Below are positions 56,950 to 64,000 of a stretch of 64,000 nt of DNA, in pieces. The position numbers were made by a program, and so were the translations under genes. How positions within the stretch are numbered: the stretch's first letter is position 1; each line of letters begins with the position of its first letter. Below the pieces are notes generated by a model. The model was given only the letters and a program-made list of their open reading frames with translations. It was not told where the DNA came from and did no database searches. Origin of the DNA: Trueperaceae bacterium (lineage in GTDB: Bacteria; Deinococcota; Deinococci; Deinococcales; Trueperaceae); NCBI GenBank assembly GCA_965214405.1, contig OZ243956.1:3680001-3744000 (forward strand), in the 5' to 3' direction.

Positions 56950-58419
56950 ATGATTTTGCGTCGCGGTATCCCCTTACGGTGGCGCATCGCGCTGCTTATC
57001 GGCGTGGCGGTGGCGCTCTTTAGCATCGTCGCGGCGCTCACGGCCTATTGGGTGGTGCGCTCGAGCCTCATCGGCGACCTCCAGCGCGCGCTAAGAGAGG
57101 ACGTGGCGCGGGTTGTTGCATCCTCTTACCCCAAAAGCGACGCCGAAAGCGTATCCCCAGACGCGGTGAGCGGGGGCGAGGGCGCACCGGGGAGTGTGAC
57201 CGGGGGTGCGGGTGTCACGGGCGGTGCCGAGCATGGTGCTGACGACGGGGCCGTTTCTACGGGTGACTTTAGCGCGCCGCCTGAGGGGCCGACGGGCAGC
57301 ATCATTATTCAGCTTTACGACGCGCAGGGCGTATTGCGGGCTGCGAATAACGAAACGTTTGAAGACGCGGCTTTTTCGCTTCCTTCGGCGGTGGTCACCG
57401 CGGCGCTTGGTGGACCCCGCGACTGGAGCGGTGAATTGGGCGGGCGCGAGGTCCAGGTGGCGCTCGAGCCCGCCGACATCGGCGTGGTCGCGGTGTTGTC
57501 GCGCACCAACTTTATCCGGGCGGCGCTCACGCAGATCTCGCGGGCGCTCGCCCTGACCGCGCTGGTGCTCATCTTGATAAGCGCGTTTATCGGCTACGTC
57601 GTCGCGGCGACCGCGATTCGCCCCATCACCAAACTCGCGGGGTTTGCCGCGCAATTAGACCCGAACAATCTGCACCCCATCGCTTACCAGGGACCCAACG
57701 ACGAGGTCGGGCAGCTCAGCCGCGTGCTGAACGACCTCATCACCCGCCTGCGCGCTTCTGTAGACGCGCAGCGCACATTCTTGGCCGAGACGAGCCACGA
57801 GCTGCGCACGCCCTTAACGAGCCTCCAGGGTTTTTTAGACCGGGCGGTGCGCCGCGCCGACCCCGAGACGGAACGCGAGCTCTTCGACGCGCGGCGCATC
57901 GCAGGGAGCATGTCGCGGCTCGTGGCGGACCTTTTGCAACTCTCTCGCGGCGAACTCGTGCGCGAGGTGGTGCCGCACCTTTTGGACCCCTACAGCGACA
58001 TCTTAAAACCCGTGGCCGAGGAGTTTCCGGGTGTTCTCTTAGAGGGCCAGCCGGGCGCGGTATTGGTCGGCGACCCTGACCGCCTTCGGCAACTTGTTCG
58101 CAACTTGACCGCCAACGCGGTGCGCGCGACCGGCGACCCCGGCAAGGTCACGCTGCGCCTGGAAGACGACCCAGAGCGCGTCGTGCTGGCGGTAGAAGAC
58201 AGCGGCCCCGGCATTCCCCCCGACGCCCTGCCTCACGTTTTTGACAAATTTTACAAAGGCGCGGGCGGCGGCGCAGGCTTAGGTCTAGCCATCGCCAAGC
58301 AAATCGCTGAAGTCCACGGGGGGGGGTTAAGCGTCGAGAGCGGGAGGGGCTGCGGCGCGGTGTTCCGGCTCGAGCTGCCCGGCCTCGCCGAGGAAGTAGG
58401 AGACGCGGAAGAAGTGTGA
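56950..58419 (+). CDS. Sensor histidine kinase (2 TM, HAMP, HisKA, HATPase)
   Basis: SHELRTPLT, NL-x2-NA, DSGPGI, GLGLAI. Confidence 0.95.
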   Translation: MILRRGIPLRWRIALLIGVAVALFSIVAALTAYWVVRSSLIGDLQRALREDVARVVASSYPKSDAESVSPDAVSGGEGAPGSVTGGAGVTGGAEHGADDGAVSTGDFSAPPEGPTGSIIIQLYDAQGVLRAANNETFEDAAFSLPSAVVTAALGGPRDWSGELGGREVQVALEPADIGVVAVLSRTNFIRAALTQISRALALTALVLILISAFIGYVVAATAIRPITKLAGFAAQLDPNNLHPIAYQGPNDEVGQLSRVLNDLITRLRASVDAQRTFLAETSHELRTPLTSLQGFLDRAVRRADPETERELFDARRIAGSMSRLVADLLQLSRGELVREVVPHLLDPYSDILKPVAEEFPGVLLEGQPGAVLVGDPDRLRQLVRNLTANAVRATGDPGKVTLRLEDDPERVVLAVEDSGPGIPPDALPHVFDKFYKGAGGGAGLGLAIAKQIAEVHGGGLSVESGRGCGAVFRLELPGLAEEVGDAEEV

Positions 58420-58485
58420 TGAAGGTGGGGAGCGCAGGAGAAGGGGAGAAAGAGTCTATCTCTACTCCCCATCCCCTAAATTACC

Positions 58486-59034
58486 TTAGAGCTTCGGCAA
58501 CGTCACCCCGCGCTGACCCTGATACTTCCCCTTCCTGTCGGCGTAGGTAACCTCGGGCTTGTCACCCTGGAAAAAAAGAAGCTGCACGATGCCCTCGTTT
58601 GCGTAGACCTTGGCGGGTAGGGGCGTGGTGTTGGAGAGTTCCAGCGTCACGTGACCCTCCCAGCCGGGCTCTAAGGGCGTCACGTTGGCGACTAACCCAC
58701 AACGCGCGTAGGATGATTTACCGAGCGCCACCACCATCACGTCCTCGGGGACGCGCAAATACTCGACCGAACGCGTGAGCGCGAACGAGTTGGGCGGGAT
58801 GATGCAGGTGTCGCCCTCGACGCTGATAAGGGAGCGCTCGTCAAAACGTTTGGGGTCGACGAGCGTGTTAAAAGCGTTGACGAAGATGCGCCACTCGGGC
58901 GCGGCGCGCAGGTCGTAGCCGAACGAGGAGAGCCCGTAAGAGATGACGCCCTCGCGGACTAAACGGTCTTCAAAAGGTTCGATCATGCCCTTTTGCGCCG
59001 CGTCACGAATCCACCAGTCGGGTTTGATGCTCAT
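58486..59034 (-). CDS. dcd: dCTP deaminase
   Basis: [39 protein letters not shown]. Confidence 0.96.
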   Translation of the reverse strand: MSIKPDWWIRDAAQKGMIEPFEDRLVREGVISYGLSSFGYDLRAAPEWRIFVNAFNTLVDPKRFDERSLISVEGDTCIIPPNSFALTRSVEYLRVPEDVMVVALGKSSYARCGLVANVTPLEPGWEGHVTLELSNTTPLPAKVYANEGIVQLLFFQGDKPEVTYADRKGKYQGQRGVTLPKL

Positions 59035-59101
59035 GAGGACAAGTGTACCGGGTCGGGGTTAGAAAAGGGAAAGGCCGCAAGGGGTGCGTTATACTTTCTT
59101 T

Positions 59102-59869
59102 ATGCTTCTTGCGGTGGACGTCGGCAATACGAGCACCGTCTTGGGTCTTTTCGAGGGCGAGGCGCTCCGGGCGCACTGGCGCGTCTCGACCAACCGGATG
59201 CGGATGGCCGACCAGTACGCAGTTTTGCTCAAGAATCTCCTCGAGCTTGACGCGGTGCCCCCACCCCAGCGGGCGCTCATCTCGAGCGTCGTCCCGCCCG
59301 TCGAGCGCGAACTTGCAAAGGCGCTGGGGCGGTACTGGGGGGTGGAGAGTTTGACGGTCTCGAGCGCTACCCTCTCGCCCCTCCTGAACGTCGAAACCGA
59401 CAACCCCAAGGAGGTCGGTGCCGACCGGCTCGTCAACGCCGTGGCCGCGCTGCGTTACGACGCGGACGCGTTTATCGTTATCGACTTTGGCACCGCGACC
59501 AACTTCGACCTCGTCGTCAAACCCAACAAGCTCTTGGGCGTCGCGCTCGCGCCGGGGCCGATGGTCGCCGCCGACGCGCTCTTTTCACGCGCCGCCAAGC
59601 TCCCGCGCGTCGACCTCGTCGCGCCCGAGCGCGCGGTGGGCAAAAATACGGTGACCGCGCTCCAGTCGGGCTTGGTCTTCGGCTACGCCGCGATGGTGGA
59701 CGGGATGGTCGCGCGGTTTTCAAGAGAGATTGACCCAGAGTTGGGCAAGCCTTTGGTCATCGCCACGGGCGGTTTTGCGTCAATCATCGAGGGACACTGT
59801 GAGTCAGTGGACGTTTTCGAGCCGCTGCTGACGTTGCGGGGCTTGCAGATTATCGCCGGGAAGCTGTAG
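59102..59869 (+). CDS. coaX: Type III pantothenate kinase
   Basis: DVGNT, SSVVP, GADR, DFGTA, ATGG, LTLRGL. Confidence 0.95.
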   Translation: MLLAVDVGNTSTVLGLFEGEALRAHWRVSTNRMRMADQYAVLLKNLLELDAVPPPQRALISSVVPPVERELAKALGRYWGVESLTVSSATLSPLLNVETDNPKEVGADRLVNAVAALRYDADAFIVIDFGTATNFDLVVKPNKLLGVALAPGPMVAADALFSRAAKLPRVDLVAPERAVGKNTVTALQSGLVFGYAAMVDGMVARFSREIDPELGKPLVIATGGFASIIEGHCESVDVFEPLLTLRGLQIIAGKL

Positions 59870-60563
59870 CGTCCAAGTGAGTTAGAAATCCCTCGATACG
59901 CTTCATAAAACGCTCGTAATCGGGTTCCCAAAGCGCGTGCCCGGCATCCTCAAAGGTCACCACTTCAGCCTGCGGGAGTTCCTGCTTGTAGCGCTCGACA
60001 TCCTCTCTTTTCAACGCTGCGCCCTCCAAGCCGCCGCGCATGATGAGGACGGGGCAGCGCAGCACCCCCAGCGTTTCCCAAAGAGACACATGCTCAGACT
60101 CACGCTGCAATCCAACGACGGCGTGTTTCGGCGTTTGAGGAGAGAACGCGGCAGCCTGCGCTATCCACGTTTCCGGAATCTTCCTGTAACGCGCCGGATA
60201 GTCGAGCAAGATGAGCCCTGCAACCCTGTGTGGGTGCTGAACTGCATATTTTAAGGCGAGGGGGACGCCCCTCGAGAACGCCATAAGGCAAAAAGGATAC
60301 GGGGCCGTCTCAGCGACCGCCGCAACGTCACCAACGAGGTCCTCAAAACGGTAGCCCGCCTCCGGCGCGTCGCTCTCGCCGTGTCCTCTAACACTAAGCG
60401 CGCACGTTCGCCTCGGCAAGAGCCGCTTCATCTCACCCGTAAACGCCTCGGCGGAGCCCAGAGAGCCAGGGATGTAGAGCAGCGGCGTGAGCGCAGGGTC
60501 GTCACCCGCGGTTAGGTAATGAATCTTGACACCTTGGTTTTTCGCCCAATGTTCTTGAACCAT
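59850..60563 (-). CDS. Alpha/beta hydrolase
   Basis: RGHGES, AFSRG nucleophile elbow, AGH. Confidence 0.8.
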   Translation of the reverse strand: MVQEHWAKNQGVKIHYLTAGDDPALTPLLYIPGSLGSAEAFTGEMKRLLPRRTCALSVRGHGESDAPEAGYRFEDLVGDVAAVAETAPYPFCLMAFSRGVPLALKYAVQHPHRVAGLILLDYPARYRKIPETWIAQAAAFSPQTPKHAVVGLQRESEHVSLWETLGVLRCPVLIMRGGLEGAALKREDVERYKQELPQAEVVTFEDAGHALWEPDYERFMKRIEGFLTHLDATASRR

Positions 60564-60782
60564 AACGGGATTATCCCAAACCTCCCGCAACTCTTCACAA
60601 CAGTATTGCACTTGCTTAGAGCGTCATGCAAGGCTGGGCTCGAGGGATGTCTCGACCCTCTGACCGCGTTACCCGCACGTTTTCGCGCCTCTAATGATAT
60701 TGTAAGCCGTCTTTAGTTGACCGCCTCTTTTGCGCCACGCCTCCGCCTGTGGTCAACCCTGTGGCTAAACTGGGAGGGTTAT

Positions 60783-62621
60783 ATGCCGCTTGGCAGGTTC
60801 GTGTTGGTCTTTTTGTTCGCACTTGTCACCCCGTCGGGTCTCGCCCAGACCCAGAGCCCCGACGTCCTGAAAGGGGAGAGCTACGGCGTCTATGGGATAG
60901 GCGACAGCGGGGTGGACGGCGTGGTGCAGGTCAGGGAAACACCGGAGGGCACCGCCGAACTCGTCCTTACCCTGAACGGTCTTATCGGCGACCTGCACGC
61001 GGCAGCCCTCTACCGGGGAAACTGTGCGCCTGAGCAGGCTGTCGTTACAAAACTCGAGACGGTCGGCGACAGCGTGCCCGAACCCTTTACGAGCATTACG
61101 GCGACCGGTTTATCCTACGAAACAGTAGTGACGGGCGACTATTTCGTGACGGTCTACGGGCCGAGCCTGGACACGCCTGCGCGCGCATGTGGCGAGGTCG
61201 GTGTGGGCGCGAACCGGAGCGACTTAGGGCAAGTGGCGAACACAGGAGGAGCAAACCAAATGGGTGACGGTAACCCCAACCTATCTCAGCCTGAGCAGAG
61301 CTTGGTCGAGCGCGCAAAAATGCTTGTCGAGTCGGAAACGGGTGTGGCGGCGGCAGGACTGAGCGTGACGAGCCTCGAGCCGGTCGAGTGGCGCGACGCG
61401 AGCTTAGGCTGTCCCCGACCCCGCACGATGTACGCGCAGGTCATCACGCCCGGCTACCGAATCACGCTTCGGGGGCCGGGCGGGGAGAGCTACGACGTTC
61501 ACACAGCTAGCGCGCCCGACGGGAACATCGTCTTGTGTACACAGGCCGAAACATCTGTAAAAAAGCTCCCTGTGAAAAGTCCCCCCGTGATGAACCCTCC
61601 TATGATGAATCTCCCTGTGACGAATCCAGCGATAAACGCCTTGGTGGGTACCGTCTGGCAGTGGCAGACCGAGGGGCTCGAGGGCGCGTCCGACTACACC
61701 ATCGAATTTTTGCCTGAAGGCCGCATCGCCATTCAGGCCGACTGCAACCGGGGCCGGGCGAGCTTTGAAACGTTTGGTGAGAATGGGCTGCGCATCAACG
61801 CGCCAGCCATGACCCGCGCCGCTTGCCCGCCGGGGTCGCTCGAGGGGGCGTTTCTCGAGCAGGTGGTGAGCAGCAGTTCGTACGCCTTTGACGGTGAGAC
61901 TTTGATGCTTTACCCCGTGGTCGCGCCGGGCATGATGCATTTCATGCCGGTTTCTTTACCAGGTGCAACAGGCGGGGGAACGAGCGAAGAAGAGCTGTCG
62001 GGCCGGTTGACAGGTACAGTGACCTACCGCGAACGCATCGCGCTGCTGCCGGGGAGCGTGGTATGGGTAACGTTGCAAGATATATCTCGAGCCGACGCAC
62101 CGGCAGATATCCTCGCCACTTGGACCCTCACCACCTCGGGCGAGAATGTACCGATACCTTTCGAGTTGAGCTACGACCCCGCGCAGGTTGACCTGCGTCA
62201 CCGCTACGCGGTCCGGGCCGAGATTCGTGACGGTGCAGGCGGTCTCCTCTGGACCAGCGACACCACCTACCCAGTCATCACGGGAGGTGCGCCCGGCGAC
62301 GCGGTTGACATCCTCGTGCGGCGCGTGAGCGACCCTACCAGCGGGATGCCCCCCACCGAATCGGGCCGAACCTTCGAGTTCACCTGCGCGCCTCCCGACG
62401 AAGCGGCGTTCACCTTTTCCGTAAAGATTGGCCCCGGCGAGGTCGGCCTCACCTTGCCCGAGCGCTTCGGGGGGCGCAGCCTCGTGCTGCCCCAGGTGCG
62501 CGCCGCCTCCGGCGCGCGGTTCGAGGCGGGGGGCGTTACGTTTTGGAACAAAGGCGATGAGGCGCTCTTGCAGGTTGACCATGAGACGTTTGAGGGCTGC
62601 GAGGAGGGGCTCGAGCGGTGA
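60783..62621 (+). CDS. Secreted multidomain protein: SOD/CHRD-like + W-x-D-x-SLGCP domain + META + YbaY-like + MliC-like
   Basis: Signal peptide; GNC...ACG; WRDASLGCP-x4-MYAQVITPGY; ADCN...MTRAAC; GTVTYRERIAL; ASGARF...FWNKG. Confidence 0.75.
   Translation: MPLGRFVLVFLFALVTPSGLAQTQSPDVLKGESYGVYGIGDSGVDGVVQVRETPEGTAELVLTLNGLIGDLHAAALYRGNCAPEQAVVTKLETVGDSVPEPFTSITATGLSYETVVTGDYFVTVYGPSLDTPARACGEVGVGANRSDLGQVANTGGANQMGDGNPNLSQPEQSLVERAKMLVESETGVAAAGLSVTSLEPVEWRDASLGCPRPRTMYAQVITPGYRITLRGPGGESYDVHTASAPDGNIVLCTQAETSVKKLPVKSPPVMNPPMMNLPVTNPAINALVGTVWQWQTEGLEGASDYTIEFLPEGRIAIQADCNRGRASFETFGENGLRINAPAMTRAACPPGSLEGAFLEQVVSSSSYAFDGETLMLYPVVAPGMMHFMPVSLPGATGGGTSEEELSGRLTGTVTYRERIALLPGSVVWVTLQDISRADAPADILATWTLTTSGENVPIPFELSYDPAQVDLRHRYAVRAEIRDGAGGLLWTSDTTYPVITGGAPGDAVDILVRRVSDPTSGMPPTESGRTFEFTCAPPDEAAFTFSVKIGPGEVGLTLPERFGGRSLVLPQVRAASGARFEAGGVTFWNKGDEALLQVDHETFEGCEEGLER
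61566..61625 (+). repeat. In-frame 15-nt tandem repeat x4 (xPVxN)
   Basis: ctccctgtgaaaagt/ccccccgtgatgaac/cctcctatgatgaat/ctccctgtgacgaat. Confidence 0.7.
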
Positions 62622-63289
62622 ACGCGCTCCCTTCGCCCGGCCTCCGCGCCTTCGTCCTCGTCGCCGCGCTCGTTGCTTGGTTCGCGGTCATCTTGCAGCT
62701 CGTCCTCTCGCTCCAACTGGCCGTCGCCAACGGTCGGGGGATTCTGGGGGGCATCGTCATTTACTTGGGCTACTTCACGATTCTTACCAACATCCTCGTC
62801 GCGCTCACGCTCTCCGTCCCGCTGGCCGCACCGACTTCCAGGCTCGGCAGGTTTTTCGCGCGTCCGGGCGTCGCCACAGCCGTAGCGACCGCCATCACCG
62901 TGGTCGGCCTCGCCTATTTCTTTCTGTTGCGGCGGATTTGGGACCCGCAGGGTTGGCAGCTCGTCGCCGACGCGGCGCTCCACTACGCGGTGCCCGTGCT
63001 CTTCTTGCTCTATTGGGGGCTCGCGGTGCCCAAAGGCGGGCTCCGCTTCGCCGACATTCCGAAGTGGCTGCTGTACCCGCTCGGCTACATGGTGTACGTT
63101 CTCATTCGGGGGGCGCTGACCGGGCTCTACCCGTACTATTTTATCGACGTGGGCGTGCTCGGCTACGGTACGGCGTTTCTCAACGCCTTGGGTGTGCTGC
63201 TTGCTTTCGTCGTGGTAGCCGCCCTGCTCGTGCTCGTGGCGCGCGCTATCCGGCCCCGGAGCCGCGATGTTCATGCACCAGGGATTTAG
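62618..63289 (+). CDS. Pr6Pr / FAR-17a-AIG1-like membrane protein
   Basis: YFTILTN, LH-x2-VP, YP-x2-Y, YPY-x-FIDV-x2-LG. Confidence 0.75.
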   Translation: MNALPSPGLRAFVLVAALVAWFAVILQLVLSLQLAVANGRGILGGIVIYLGYFTILTNILVALTLSVPLAAPTSRLGRFFARPGVATAVATAITVVGLAYFFLLRRIWDPQGWQLVADAALHYAVPVLFLLYWGLAVPKGGLRFADIPKWLLYPLGYMVYVLIRGALTGLYPYYFIDVGVLGYGTAFLNALGVLLAFVVVAALLVLVARAIRPRSRDVHAPGI

Positions 63290-63331
63290 TGAAAGGTGAG
63301 GGACGAGGCGTAAAGGAGCCGGGTGAGGTCT

Positions 63332-63364
63332 GCTCGAGCCTAAGGTAACGGTTTGGGCTCGAGC
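63332..63364. terminator. Hairpin with GCTCGAGC arms between convergent genes
   Basis: GCTCGAGCCTAA / TTGGGCTCGAGC. Confidence 0.5.
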
Positions 63365-63489
63365 CCGCCCGTCTGCAAGATCTCCCCCCAAAGTCTCCGC
63401 TGGGTTGACCGTTCCGTTTTAAGGAAGCGCGAGCGTCGCAAGCCCTGGCGTCGCTCTGACGATCTTTCAGAGGGACCCCGTTAAATAAA

Positions 63490-63849
63490 TTAACTTCGCG
63501 CCTTTGCAAAATGCCGGTGCTCCTCAAGAAACGGGATCACAAAGGCGACCGCCGCGAGCGCCACACCCCAATATTCCATGTTGATCCAGAAGAACGTATG
63601 ACGCCGCCGAAACACGAACTCTTGACCGGTCTCCTTGTCGATCATTCTGCGACCCGGCTTGCCGTTGAGGTAGCGACCCAAAAACCAAAGCGCCACCGCC
63701 CCGGCCAAAAGTGCAGCGGTTTGCAGCACACTGTGAGCAGAGTAGTAGCCGTCTATACCCGTTATAGAGTCAGCCACGGCTTGCGTGGTCAAAAGTATGG
63801 TGAACGCAACGACCGGCACGAGAATGCCCCATCCGCTCCAAATAATCAT
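63490..63849 (-). CDS. Small membrane protein
   Basis: MIIWSGWG ... D-x2-TG ... HTFFWI-x-MEYWG; GGAGGA RBS. Confidence 0.75.
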   Translation of the reverse strand: MIIWSGWGILVPVVAFTILLTTQAVADSITGIDGYYSAHSVLQTAALLAGAVALWFLGRYLNGKPGRRMIDKETGQEFVFRRRHTFFWINMEYWGVALAAVAFVIPFLEEHRHFAKARS

Positions 63850-64000
63850 GACCGTCCTCCAGTTTCATCCGCGTTAGTTTTGCAGATGTTACTTACCAAA
63901 GCGAGGTGACTACTGCAAATTCGTGTCTTTACAAACTCACAAGTTTATCTTGAGTCCGCCCGAAAAATCAAACGCCTGTGACAGCCTCCCGTTACGCTGC

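Noticed and set aside
62267..63391. Long alternative ORFs 62267-63391(-) and 62428-63348(+)
   Set aside because: Antisense or off-frame shadows of the MliC-domain and Pr6Pr genes, typical of high-GC DNA; no motifs

Overview
64-kb GC-rich bacterial chromosomal segment, most consistent with a diderm Deinococcota (Truepera-like) genome. This is inferred from MutS2, BamA, Thermus-type XylA, the PNP-yggS-divIVA cluster and many apparently leaderless genes. Housekeeping genes (mutS2, gpmI, recF/dciA, sufU, divIVA, yggS, punA, bamA, xylAB, ruvA, ald, truB, dcd, coaX) are interleaved with accessory modules: a TetR-FabH-like-acyl-CoA ligase-hydrolase-LivK operon, two PIN toxin-antitoxin pairs (one toxin frameshifted), two tandem P450s, and many exported proteins. 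No rRNA, tRNA, CRISPR array, transposase or prophage was recognised. The best candidates for undescribed biology are: (1) a 3-gene operon (8084-10324) encoding a membrane protein with two PmoC/AmoC-like D-x3-H...H motifs plus two exported membrane-anchored paralogues, one with a predicted N-terminal His, divergent from two P450s; (2) an XRE-HTH operon with four diverged, translationally coupled 4-TM paralogues (RRxLV / LDERQ / WxEPDP) followed by a Cpe/LpqF-like serine hydrolase (46375-50154); (3) window-wide DNA signals, namely a HIP1-like excess of CTCGAG/GCTCGAGC and polarised heptamer repeats at gene ends; (4) recurrent (V/A/S)TGG peptide tracts in unrelated exported proteins. All product calls come from motif recognition by eye, not database searches.
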